64,000 bases of DNA from Mustelus asterias (lineage: Eukaryota). Location of the stretch: positions 95,542,001 through 95,606,000 of the forward strand of contig NC_135804.1 of assembly GCF_964213995.1 (NCBI RefSeq). Direction: 5' to 3'. The notes below the pieces were generated by a model. The model ran no database searches. It had not been told where the DNA came from and saw nothing but the letters and a program-made list of their open reading frames with translations. Below, one piece after another: positions 1 through 11,915 of this stretch. The position numbers were made by a program, and so were the translations under genes. Position 1 is the first letter of the stretch; each line of letters opens with the position of its first letter.

Positions 1-1289
1 ACCTTTTCTTCAGCAAGTGTGAAGCTGTGTAAATGTGGTATTCAGTCAATTTTGAAGGGACGATTCACTAAATATGAATTAACGTAAGCACTTAAGTGAA
101 GGAACTTGGAGGAGAAGACAATGGTGCAGAGCGCACCTTTGTTGCATCATAATATGAAAGCACTTTATGACTGTGTGAAGGGGAGATATGTGCTTGTACA
201 TCGCATTAATGGCATCCTATGAGACTGGCTGAGAGAAACAAACCCTTCTCATCCTTCTAGATTTCAATACTCTCCTGGCTTGTTTCCAATTTCCACCCTC
301 CATAGTATTGAGCTCATCCAAAATTCAGTTACCCATATCCTAATTTTCATCAAATCCCATTTACCATCGCCACTGTGCTTATGAACTAACGTTTGCTACC
401 AGTACTCACTTGTACTAATAGGCCTGGTTATGGCGCAAGATTAGGAGACATATGTCATGATAGTAAGCATAGGATACAGAGGAAACTGCAGTAGGAAGTC
501 GAGAGTTAAAGGCAGCAGTCCCATGGTGGAATAATGTTGATATAGGTAGGGTAGAGTTGACATGGAACATTAACAAACTGTTATCCAAGTTCCCAAAAGT
601 GTGGTAGGTGAGAAGTCCTGAAGCTGTTTGAAGGATAGAGTATCAAAGACACTGCATTGATGAAGGTATTTCCCCGGAATGAAAATCCAAGAGGTGCAGA
701 ATCAGTTGCAGGACATACTTAACAGTGGTAAAGTTGGAGGTCACCACAAGGTCTGCAAGTGGCAGGGAAAAATTCTTCAGCCCAGGAACTAAACTGCAAT
801 GAACCTGAAAGACCAATAGAACATTCATTGATTCAGTAGGTAAGAGCTGTAAGATGTTCAAAGTTGCTTTAAACATTATGCAACATATCAGCGATACACC
901 ATATCAGACTGTACTGTAGGGTTTCTATGATTTCTACACTGGCTGAGTCCAGTGTAGAAATGTCACATTGATATACTGCAATCTCCAGGAACTTGAAATC
1001 CAAACCTGAAAAATAACCCATTGCTCTGCAAGGATGGCTAAGAAGTAGGGTGGGTTTCAGAGATGGGCAGTGGCAATTTAAACTAGTAATTAATTTGTAA
1101 TTTGGACTAAAATACACTCACACTCAGGAACTGGAAGAGATGGTAAAAAGAAAATCCTGCATGCTTGTTAACATCTTTCATGACCTCACAAGATCCCAAA
1201 GCACTTAACAGCCAATTAAGTACTTGTGTAATGTAGGAAATGTGGCAGCAAATTTGCACAAAGCAACTAATCGTCATTGTCAGCATCTA

Positions 1290-1895
1290 TCCATCAATCT
1301 AAGATGAGGGGCATGCAGCAAATCCACAGGGGCTAGGATAGTTTCATCATGGTGCATTTTTGCTGACGGCTGACGAGTTCAATCCATGAACAAGTGCCAC
1401 ATCTAAGGTGGTTATCAGGTGTCATTGTGGATTGTTGTTTTCCATGTTGACGCCTGATGCCAAGCTCCTGTAGCCACTGATAGTGATGATGGCGCATGCT
1501 GGCCCACAGGTGATTGTTATTTTCCTCTGGCATCTGTTGGTGTCTCCCAATATAAATTCATATTTAAGATCTTCATGTCATGTTAGCAAGCATCCTTGAA
1601 GAGGAGCTTTAAGAATCCTACTGGTCTTCTCCAGCTATCTTGCCATACATAAAATCCTTAGGTATGTGTTCACCATCCTTCCGGCAAATATGCACAAGCC
1701 AGCAAAGTTGCCTCTGCTTAATGACTGCCAACATACTTGGGTGTTTTGTCTTTGAGTGGACTGCCAGCTGCATGAGTGATTTTTGTCATTCCATGAGATA
1801 CCCAGAATATGCCACAAACAGCAAAGGTGAAAGTTGTTGAGCTTTCTTGATAGTGATTGGTAGTCCATGTTTCACAGCGAGACAAGTTGCTAAGA
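1290..1895 (-). mobile_element. Degenerate RTE-clade LINE, 3' RT fragment
   Basis: Broken minus-strand frames give LNNFHLCCLWHILGISWNDK, resembling the RTE/BovB C-terminal motif (FHxRCLRxILxIxWxD). Boundaries approximate. Confidence 0.7.
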
Positions 1896-2974
1896 AGACA
1901 TCTATCATGTTATCCTTGGATCACTTGTTAATAGATATCTTTAACTTCTTGCCTTTGCTTATCTCAACTCTAATTTGACCCAGTTTTGGGGATGTTACAT
2001 TCATTAGGTGATGGATGAACCTTTATACCTAGATCTTTTATCTCATGGTTTCCTGAGATAATCTGCAACTGTTCAACCCCAGAATAGCAGGACTATCTGG
2101 TTTGGTGAAAAAATATGCATTTAATACCTTTTCCTTTGTCGTTCCATTGATTTGATTTGGGCTGTTCCTAGCTATTGTATCTCAGATCTCCATCCTATTA
2201 GCATGACATGACTCGGTTTCAGAGTGCCTTTCCTTGGGTAAACATTTTCTTTTAAATTTTCAAGAAAGATCATACGGTACAGTCTGAGTGGGATTATGTT
2301 CCCTGTGCTCTGCGAACCAGTTTCAGCTTCAAATTTATTATTGAGGACTTATTCCTCCTCATCTTCCTGGTTGGAATGTTTGTATGAATTTATTTTCACT
2401 GGCATCAGTCATGTGCAGCCATTTCATGCTGCATTTTGTCATTTTTTAGGCTATGGGTGGTTTGGTTTCTGTTATGTGTATTCGTCCTGTTGCTCTGTCT
2501 TTGATAACCCATTTACCATCTTTCTTTGTACTGCACTTCATTTTCCAGTGATTTGGCTTTCCACGAGTTCTGTAGTTTGATCCATATGTGGGACATTATC
2601 TTCTGTCTGAATTCATGTGGTGGTCCACAGCTCTAGCATATCCATCTCTCTGGTGTGCATTTGTCACTATTTCACAATATCAACCTTGCATCTCTTGACT
2701 TAACTGGAAGTTAACCATTTGGGTAGTAACCATTTTCATCTGTCTACTTGTGGCTTCATGTGCTCTGGCTGTGTCTCCAGCCTGCCATGTTGTCAGCTTG
2801 TCTTTTCCAAAACCAATCTTTTTGTACTTCAGGGTGTGCAGAGTCCCAAATGAGCTAATCCAGCAGCCTTTCATATGTGTCCTTAAATTTACATTTCCTG
2901 GCTGCATTTTATAATCTTATAAAATTGTCAACTGACTCACCTGATTCCTGCCTTAGATCTTAACTTTATTAAAA

Positions 2975-3470
2975 AATCATTAACAGGATGTGGATATGGC
3001 TGGGTCAGCATTTAATGCATTCTTTAATTTTCTTTGAAGATGGTGGTGAGTTGCCGCCTTTAACTGCTGCAGTCCATGCGGTGTAGGCATACTCATGGTA
3101 CTGTTACTGAGGGACTTCCAGGAGTTTGACCCAGTGACAGTATTTCCAAGTCGCAACAATATTACCAAGTCGGGACAGTGAGTGACTTGGATGTGAATTT
3201 CCAATTGGTGGTGTTCCTATGTGTCGTGGGCCCTTCAAAATTATAACAGTTGTGGGTTTGGAAGGTACTGCCTAAGAGCCGTGATGAGATCCTGCAGTGC
3301 GTCTTGTGGCCAATACACATTGCTACCACTGTTCGTTGATGGTAGGGGGAATAAATGTTTGTGGAAGGGATGCCAATCAAGCAGGTCACTTTTCCTGGAT
3401 GGCATCATGCTTCTTGTGTTGTTGGAACTGCACTCATCCAGGCAAGTGGAGAGAATTCCATCATAAGTGG
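2975..3470 (-). mobile_element. Non-LTR retrotransposon 3' end (CR1/L2-group)
   Basis: Frames give LIGIPSTNIYSPYHQRTVVAMC and WKSLSNSTMSMPTPHGLQQLKAATHHHL. The same family recurs at 16620-17185, ~30130-30390 and ~49850-49960. Confidence 0.65.
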
Positions 3471-3626
3471 GTTTTTACAATAGTTGACAATTTTAACTCC
3501 AGATTTTTAAAATTCTATTTAAATTCCACCATCTGGGGTGGTGGGAGTCGAATCTGCATCCCCAGACCATCACCCCGAGTCACTGGATTACTAGCCCAGT
3601 GACTACCAGTATACCATCACCTCCCA
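3470..3626 (-). mobile_element. tRNA-derived SINE 5' part
   Basis: Minus strand starts GGGAGGTGATGGTATACTGGTAG (A-box-like) with a downstream GATTCGACTCCC B-box-like motif. A related copy lies at 55770-55966. Confidence 0.55.
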
Positions 3627-4004
3627 AGTAGTTATCAGTAGATCTGATAATTTGACTTTGACTGGAGAGATGAGCTCGGTCTCATGTCACAGGATGGAAA
3701 GCCAAATTCTGGGACAATCCTGGAAAATCTACAACAGTTGGTCACTCTGCCCATAATTTAGAAATGAGCACCCTTTAGACTCGATGCTGGAGCTTTTTGA
3801 GTGCATCTATTCCTTGCTATTCTTTATGGGGCTTGTAGACTGATAAATGGACACACACATTGACTTCAGTGCAACAGTGAATTTGGCATCATGAGATATA
3901 TTTTTTAATAAATTGAACAAAAATGAGTGAGGGTGGCAGCCCCTGGTGGGACACTGCAACTAAACGAAATCTCAAAGGATTGTTAACTAAACCAGTTTCA
4001 AGAC

Positions 4005-4093
4005 AGCTCTGATGAAGGGTCATCCTTGCTCGAAACTTTGGCTCTATTCTCTCTCCACAGATGCTGTCAGATTTTCCAGCGTTTTCTGTTTCT
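4005..4093 (+). mobile_element. Penelope-like element terminal remnant with a degenerate minimal hammerhead
   Basis: AGCT-CTGATGA-A-GGGT(CATCCTT)GCTC-GAAA-CTTT-GGCT: hammerhead core boxes with stems I and II, but the stem III palindrome is broken. Confidence 0.5.
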
Positions 4094-4131
4094 ATAAACC
4101 AAAGTATGATTCCCAGGGGTGATGCACCCTA

Positions 4132-4335
4132 CCATAAGACCATAAAATATAGAATTGGGCCATTTGGCCCACTGAGTCTGCTCCACCATTCAATCATGGA
4201 TGATAAGTTTCTCAACCCCATTCTCCTGCCTTTTTCTCCATAATCTTTGATCCCCATACCAATCACGAACAAACAATCACTGTCTTAAATACACTGCAAT
4301 CCTGACCGCCACAGCCTTCTGTGGCAATGAATTCA
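4132..4335 (-). mobile_element. CR1 LINE 3' tail fragment
   Basis: Reverse complement of the CR1 3' end (..GGGCCAAATGGCCCAATTCT..TATGGTCTTATGG), matching other CR1 tails in the window. Confidence 0.65.
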
Positions 4336-4514
4336 ATGAGATATATATATTCACATAATTAGTTCCTAACTATTTACGAATAATATAAGTCTGCCCTGTT
4401 CTGCTAAGGGGATTTTCACAGTAATTTCGCTGCAGTGTTAACGTAGTCTGCTCATGACACGAATACATTAAAATTAAATAAAGCTGGCGCTTTTGCCAGT
4501 AGTCGAGATGGTTG

Positions 4515-4580
4515 ACCCATTGGGGGCTGCCATTTTTGATATTGGCGGAAGCAGGAAATCCGGTTTGGCCCGGAAGTAGA
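4515..4580 (+). promoter_or_regulatory. C1GALT1C1: Housekeeping-type promoter of C1GALT1C1
   Basis: Local CpG enrichment; ATTGG (reverse CCAAT) at 4519 and 4541; YY1-like GCCATTTT 4529-4536; ETS sites GCGGAAG at ~4545 and CCGGAAGT 4570-4577. Confidence 0.65.
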
Positions 4581-4637
4581 GACGGGGAAGGCTATTGTGT
4601 GTTTGCGGCTGTTTTCGGGTGGTGCCGTGAGGCTGAG
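4570..4637 (+). other. C1GALT1C1: Putative non-coding exon 1 of C1GALT1C1 (intron 4638-4922)
   Basis: Donor GAG|GTGAGG at 4638; polypyrimidine tract and AG acceptor ending at 4922, 6 nt before the ATG. The transcription start is approximate. Confidence 0.55.
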
Positions 4638-4928
4638 GTGAGGTTGTGAGGGGAGATCGGGAAGGGAGCGTCAGGAGAGGGGCAGCTGCAGCCTGTCCTG
4701 GGCTGGGTTCCGGGACCAGTCAGTTGCCCTGGTGATGGAGCCAGCGCTGCCCGGGTCCCCTTCCGTTGCCTGGGACTCGGCGCCTGGAGCAGCTTTCACT
4801 CCCTCACCGCCTGACTATCACTGTCTAAATCAACATTAGATACAGCTTTTTTTTAAAAATCGATGCTGATAAACATTCTGCTTGAAGTGACTTTATTCTC
4901 TTCTTTTTCCCCTTCATTCAAGGCGAAG

Positions 4929-5885
4929 ATGATGACAGAAGGCACTTCCTTCATGAAGGGTGTGATGTTGGGGGGATTGTTTTGTTTGGTCTTCACCTTT
5001 TTTGCCAACACTAAGATGCGCGGAGACTCAGGACTGCGAAGCCACGAACACCACCACCTCAAAGCACCCAACAAGGAAGAACTGCTGAAGCTTCCCGAGG
5101 CAAAGCGTATGGAGCTCAGTCTCACCATCCGTGTGCTGTGTCTGATCATGGTTACACCCAAAGAAATTGGTTATTGGGCCTCCGCGATGGAAACGTGGAG
5201 CAAACATTGTGATAAGGCTGTCTTTTACAGCCCGGAGACCATAAAAATCTTCCAATCAGTCAGCCTTGAAACAGAAGATAAATGGATCCAGACCAGAAAA
5301 GCCTTCAAGCATGCCTATGAAAACTACAAAGATAATTTCAACTGGTTTTTCTTGGTGGAGTCAACGACGTTTGCCATTATTGAAAATCTTAAGTTCTTTT
5401 TGTTGAATAAAGATCCAGAACAGCCCTTCTACGTGGGTCATACAGTCACGTCTGGTGATTTGAATTATGTAGAATCCTCTTCAGGTGTGGTCCTAAGTAT
5501 AGAAGCATTAGAAAGGCTCTACAGGGTCCTTGATGATCCTGTGAAATGCCCAGAAAAGGGGAGTCTGCTGTGGAAAATGTCTGAAGAAAGGGAACTTGCA
5601 GTTTGTCTGAAGTACACAGAAGTTATTGCTCACAATGCAGAAGATGATGAAGGAAAAGAGCTATTCAACTCAAAAAATATAAATACCCTCATTGGGGAGG
5701 CAATGTCGAATAACCCAAATGAAGTTGTGGAAGGATGCTGCTCAGATGTGGCCATTACTTTTAATGGGAATTCACCTAATCATATGCATGTCATGATGTA
5801 TGGCGTTTACAGGCTGCGACCATATGGGCATACATTTAACGATGCGTTGATTTTCATGCCACCTGTAGGCTCAGACAATGATTAA
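4929..5885 (+). CDS. C1GALT1C1: C1GALT1-specific chaperone 1 (Cosmc), 318 aa, single coding exon
   Basis: MMTEGTSFMKGVMLG...HEHHHLKAPNKE...WSKHCDKA...FAIIENLK...EGCCSD...MHVMMYGVYRL...GSDND aligns by eye along the full length with human COSMC, also 318 aa. The ORF-track start at 4863 lies in the intron. Confidence 0.97.
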   Translation: MMTEGTSFMKGVMLGGLFCLVFTFFANTKMRGDSGLRSHEHHHLKAPNKEELLKLPEAKRMELSLTIRVLCLIMVTPKEIGYWASAMETWSKHCDKAVFYSPETIKIFQSVSLETEDKWIQTRKAFKHAYENYKDNFNWFFLVESTTFAIIENLKFFLLNKDPEQPFYVGHTVTSGDLNYVESSSGVVLSIEALERLYRVLDDPVKCPEKGSLLWKMSEERELAVCLKYTEVIAHNAEDDEGKELFNSKNINTLIGEAMSNNPNEVVEGCCSDVAITFNGNSPNHMHVMMYGVYRLRPYGHTFNDALIFMPPVGSDND

Positions 5886-8800
5886 AAGCTTCGACACTAG
5901 AGACATTCCGTGATATGAAGTATGAGAACTATAAAAGGAAATGTTTCTGTTGTTTAATATGTACTTCTAGTTTTGTAAAATTTCCAAAAGAGAAATTGTT
6001 CCTAACTGAAAATGTGCCTTCAATGTTAATAAGCATAAATGAAATGACTAACAAGGTGGCTGAAAAAAATTGATACTCAATGTTTGCTTAAACTACAGGG
6101 TTGACAGCAACATGTTTTAGTTACTGAACCGCAGAGATGATGTTGCTAGGAGTCAGTAAAACATTTTGGCAAGCATCAGAAACTTTTGTTAAATGTTCAT
6201 GTGAACTTTGAAAAAGCAACCAATGATTGTACAATCATTTATCATTCCAGACCTAAGTTCTGAGCTGTGTAATGTAAGGGTGGTTATAAGCATGTCACTG
6301 GTGGTAAAGGTGATAAATTCTTAGTCTCATACAAGAAACCAATGTTGAAATGTATTAGAGTAGAATTTTCCTTCATGCGTATAGGATCTGTTATGTTTGG
6401 ATATTGTACTGTATTAAGACTGGGTGTTGTGTAATGTAGCTCAATATTTTTATTTTTCTGCTAAGGTGGATCTGGCCTGTCCCTTGAAATCACAATCTAT
6501 TACTGTTTTTAAAGAAAAGTGCAATGCTGAGGACAAATAGTTTAATCAATAGTGTTGGGTGATGTTTACATGTTGGCACATACAAACATACGAATTAGGA
6601 GCAGAAGTAGGTCACTTGGTCCCTTGAGCCTGCTCCCCCATTCAATAAGATCATGGTAGGTACAATTTCAAGCTCTAACCTGCAAAATTGCTCCAATAAC
6701 CTCAACCTGTAATTGATCAGTGTGTAAATTTACTGCCATTTTCAAAAGTAATTTTTTCTCAAGTGTGACATTGCAATTTAATTAATGCTCTGGACTTGTG
6801 CGTGTAGGTTTTGCAGCTGATGTGATTGTGTCACACATCTGCTTCAAACCTTCAACATACTTGACATTGCACGCTATACATTCCACTTGGACCTAGTTAT
6901 AAAAAATAACAATGATTAAGCAGAACAATGATGCATATAAAAGAAAATAATTTTCTGCAGGTTTTTTCTGAATTTGATAACATTACGTAAGAGAAATAAT
7001 TGGAGCTTTTCAAATATTTGCCAAACTATAAACATTATATTTATGTAGCATATTTAATGTAGTACAACATCCCCAAAACACACAGCAGTGTAATGTAAAA
7101 AATTTCCTCAGCAACAGCAATTTACCTCTGATCTCAGGACGTGCCTATTTGGACCAATTCTCTACAGGGAACATCTGAACGGTAACTTTGAAAGGATGCC
7201 TTGATGTAAAGTGGTAATGTCAATGGGATGATAGTAATTACTTTTGCAGGGGGTAAAATATTTGCACACAGTAAAAGATGCTTTTCTGAGAGGGTAATTG
7301 TTTCACCAAAGAAGGAACTTCACCGCAATTGCCCATATGTTAGTTAACAATTCCCAGCTTCATTGCCCAAGTACAGCAAACAGGAATTTGTTGAAAATAA
7401 AAATGTTACCAGCAAAACGTTCATTATGATATGGTTCTAGAATAGCTTTATTTCGCAACTTTTCTTGTTAGTACGTTTTAATTTCCCTTTGCTTGACCTT
7501 CAAAGTGGAGTAAATGAAAGTTGCTATCAGATCTTGTGCCTCTTTTAATCTCCCAAGTTGCACCTTTTGTTGGGATGTCAGCTATTAAGATGTGCCATGC
7601 AAGATTACTAATTGTGGTTGTAATTCCAAATATGATTACATATCTTCCCCCTGAGGTTTAAATACCAGGGATGTCCTACCTTTTAGAGCTCAGAATCTGG
7701 GGCACATGTCATAGGTGAGCTGCATAAGGCCACATAGAAATGCAATCTCCTATTCACACAGTTACTACATACAAAAACATTGAGGTCCCAAAAACAAACC
7801 CCATACACTAAGATACAGTTTCAAAGCACAATCACATACAAAAAATTCAAAGCATTTCTTCCTCCTCTTCATTTCTTTCCCTGCTAGTGTCCTTTCAATC
7901 TCCTTTTACTTCCCTTCCCATAATCACATTTTGTTCTTATTCTTCAATACTTCCTTGCCTCTCCCCCTCTCCCGTAAATCTGCTTTTCCCTCTCTTAAAA
8001 CAGTGGTGTCTAGTCCAATGGGTGGGGAGGGGTTTAATACAGAGGAAACTGGAAAAAAGTCAAGTAAGCAACAATCAGGCTTGGAGCACAGCACCAATGA
8101 TCTTGGAGATGGGAGGCCTCAATCAGTTGGGTTTGTAGAGAGGAAGTGCATATAGATTTTTAATAATTATCAATATAAATTAGTATTACTAGAAAATGGG
8201 AAGTAATTTTATCTGAGATTGTCAGCACTTTAGTTTATAATTTTGTGAATATATCAATTTAATATTGAATATTTCCTGACCTACATTATTTATGGATTAA
8301 TTGAGATTCAAACAAGTTCTCTCCTGTTTGAGCAACTTTTTTGATTTTGAGGAACAATTTGTCAAAAGTAGATTTTTTTTCCAAGGATGATATGAAGGTA
8401 GTTTAATCCAAACTGCATTTTGTATTTGCAACACAATTGCTAAATGCAGCGTACGTAAGAGTTCATGGATGTTGGACTTGGATAGTGAAACACAATTATA
8501 CAATTATGCATTCATAGATAGTGTAAAGTTTCATCTCAGCATTGTGGCTTTGATTTCAGAAAAGTATAACACAAGCTGTGTACATAGAACCAGTAATAGA
8601 GAAATGTATTTGCTGTCTTGGATTACATAATGGGAGAGCATTCTGAGCTGTACAACAAGAAAGCTGCAGCTTTATCACTGGTGGTGGTGGTACTTCCAAT
8701 GATGACCTTGACATCACATGATTTTTTTTTTGTAGATTATTGGTATCAACATATTCAATGAGGTGGGGAGAGGGGTTGCTAATGGTCTTTTCTTGCCCTG

Positions 8801-9309
8801 CTTCTTGTGTTCTAATGTATTTGTATTGGGGAAAACTTGTTTCATGTTTTCTATTTAAAATAAAATTTAACTCTGTAAAGATTGAGTCATATTGGGAAAT
8901 AAATCTAATACGAGCACCTTTCCTAGTGACGTTCATGTCTAAACTGTGAACCAATCTTTGAAATTGGATATTCAGCCTTTATTGAAATAATTTCAATACG
9001 GGTTATTCCAAACTGAATCATACTGATGCAATTTTTAAAAATATATCCCAAGTCACTTTATAATCTAAGGTTTGAGAGTATCCTTTGTGATTACAAGAAA
9101 ATTATTAGTAAATATACCTTACAGATGATTAAGTGACAAAGTACAAAATGTTCAATTAATTAGAAGTACACTGATATTTTTGTACAGACTTTAAAACTCA
9201 ACCCAATATTGGAATACTTCTATGAAAATTGTGGCTCAATAGCTAGTGTTGTGGTGTAGTCTCTTAATTTTCTATGAAATAGAATTTTAAAATTCAAATG
9301 TATGTTATA

Positions 9310-10830
9310 GAATCTTAGGATGATTGCAACACAGAAGGCTGCTATTCGCCCTGTCATGTCAATGCTGGCTAGTTAAGAGCTACGCAGCTAGTACTCCTTC
9401 TGTCTTTTCCCCATAGCCCTGCAATGTTTTCTCTTCAGATAATTAGCCAATTCCCCTTTGAAAGCTACAATTTAATCTGCCTCCAGCACACACTCGGGTG
9501 CAATTTGGATCCTAACCACTTGCTGTTTGAAAGAAGTTTTTTCCCTCATGTCACCTCTGAGTCTTTAGTCAGTAATTTTAAATCTGTCATTTCTTGCAGT
9601 TGTACTTATTCCATTTCATACAATCAAAGCAACTCCACCATTCTTTCCTTCCTCCCTGTCCTTATGAAAAGTATTTATACTTGAATATTTAGTTTCCAGT
9701 TTTGATCATCTTGTAACCACATCTATAAGATAATTTCCATTAACTTCAATTTATGCCGTTGATTCATTTATTTTGTGCCGAATACAACAACACTTAAGAA
9801 CCATTAATTTTACTTTTTTTTCCCTTATTGGCCTTATTTCTGTCATCTTTTTTATATTTGGACACCCTGCCCTTCTTGTCACACCCTGGTCATCATTACC
9901 TAAATAGCTGCCTTGTAATGCTGCCATACCTTTTTGCTTTGTAACCCTACATAGACCCACTCCAGAAACATCCCCCCTCTACTTAGGTTAAAACCATCTC
10001 TACTGCCTGAGTTATGCGGTTGGCAGGAACACTGGTCCCAGCACAGTTCAGATGTAGCCTTCCCAATGGTACAGCCCCCACTTTCCCCAGTGCGCCACAA
10101 ATCCATACCCACTTCTGCCACAACAGTCTTTGAACTATATGTATTCATCTCATTTTACGTGCCTGTGCCAATTTTCACAGCACAGGTCATAATCCAGACA
10201 TAACTTTGAAGATTCTGTTGTTTAATTTAGTGCCTGACTCCTCATTCTACCTATGGCATTGGTACCTTCATAGACCATGATAAGTTCCTCTCCAGCCCAG
10301 AGCATATGTCCTGAACCCTGGAACCGCCTGGACACTCGCTCCTTACTACAGAGAACAGTGTCAATCTCCCTCTTTATACTGTCCCCTACTACCACCACAT
10401 TCCTATATGCTCCCTCCATTGAATGGCTTTCTGTACCATGGTGCCATAGTCTGTCAGCTCATTCATCCTGCAACCCCACCACCCCTCATCCAAACAAATT
10501 GAAAGAACCTCAAACCTGTTGGACAATTGCAGAGGCTGATACTGCTACAGTCCTGCCCTCTGGGTCCCTTTACCTGCCTCAGCTGCAGTCACACTCTCCT
10601 GTCGCTAATCACTTTCCCAACCAGAAGATTTTATTCTATAAAATGTATGACTGACTCTTGAAATAAAGCGTCCAGGTAACTCTCTTTCCCTGATGTCAGT
10701 GTCCACAGCTCAGACCCCACCGCAGTGACTCAGCTTTGCTGCAGATACTTACTGCAGTCATGTTTGCCCTGGATAACACCAGTATCCATGAATTCCCTCA
10801 TGCTGCAGCATTGATGCATCATTTGGGCTG
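9310..10830 (-). mobile_element. Old, internally deleted CR1 LINE (ORF1 esterase remnants plus 3' tail)
   Basis: NVVVVGDSIKREIDTVLC (SGNH/GDSL block I of CR1 ORF1) at 10222-10419; CR1 tail near 9310-9550. Confidence 0.65.
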
Positions 10831-11469
10831 CCATACTTATGATCTTTAAATAGTTACTTTTTTATTCAATTATTTATTTTCTTTAAAATCTTATCATAAA
10901 CTGCAGGAAAAATTCAAACCTTCAAAAAAATGTACCTTGGCCACTTACCAGACATTCACCACATACTCATCAACAGCTCACCTCCACCCCCATAGAACTG
11001 CAGAAACGTAATTCCTACAGGATGAAAAAGTTAGGAGTACAAAGCAGTATCGTCCTCACTAAACTCCCTCTTCTCGCCAAACTTCCACGTTCTGCCCAAA
11101 GCCGCACTTGTGTCTTAGTGGAAAAACAATCATTCACCATTACTCTGTTCACTGTCACACAGCAAATTTCAGATCCAGGCTGCCACTGTCCCTTCTATTG
11201 CACACTGACTCCTAGTTAACCTGCTAAAAGAAAATATTTAATTCCAAACATGCATGCATTTAAAGTATTGCACTATATAAGCCATCTTATATAAGCTAGT
11301 TTATGTTCCAATAAAGTTACAACTTGTCTTGCATGCCATGCAACTACAATGTCTAAACTAATCAAATGTGTTGTCTTTTCTTCTCTCGTGAAGACATTCC
11401 TCCTTTGAAATTGCTGCTTTAGCTAACTGCTTAATCTACCAATTCTGCTGTTCCCATGTCTTAAGGTAA

Positions 11470-11915
11470 GTGTGCTAGTGAGGCCTGTGATCCAAGGTTC
11501 TATTATACCCTACGGAGAAAAATTTCTACCCCACTCTGCGTCAAATGAGCGGCTGTTTATTTCTAAATAGTGACCCCTAGTTTTAGATTGTCTGACGAGA
11601 AAACATCCTCTCCACATTGTCAATATTCTCCTTATAAAGGTTTTGATCAAGTCACCTTTTCCTCTTCTAAACTGAGTACAAGCCTAAACTCTCCAACCTT
11701 TCCTCATAAGACAAAACCCACCCATCCCTGGCATTAGTCTAGTAAAGCTTCTCTGTACTGTTAACACACTTTTACCTTTCTTTAAATAAGGAAACGCAAT
11801 CCTCCAGATATGATCTCACCAATGCCCTGTACAACTGAAGCATATCCCTCCTATTTTTGTAATCAATTCTCCTCTTACTAAACAATAATATTCTATTTGT
11901 TTTCCTTAACTACTT
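11470..11915 (-). mobile_element. Degenerate CR1 LINE 3' fragment
   Basis: Similar at nucleotide level to the RT-distal region of other CR1 copies (e.g. CCCTGGCATTAGTCTAGTAAAGCTTCTCTGTAC). Confidence 0.6.

Noticed and set aside
4863-4928. 22-codon N-terminal extension of the Cosmc ORF
   Set aside because: It runs through a polypyrimidine tract and AG acceptor (4922); homology and the 318 aa length start at ATG 4929.
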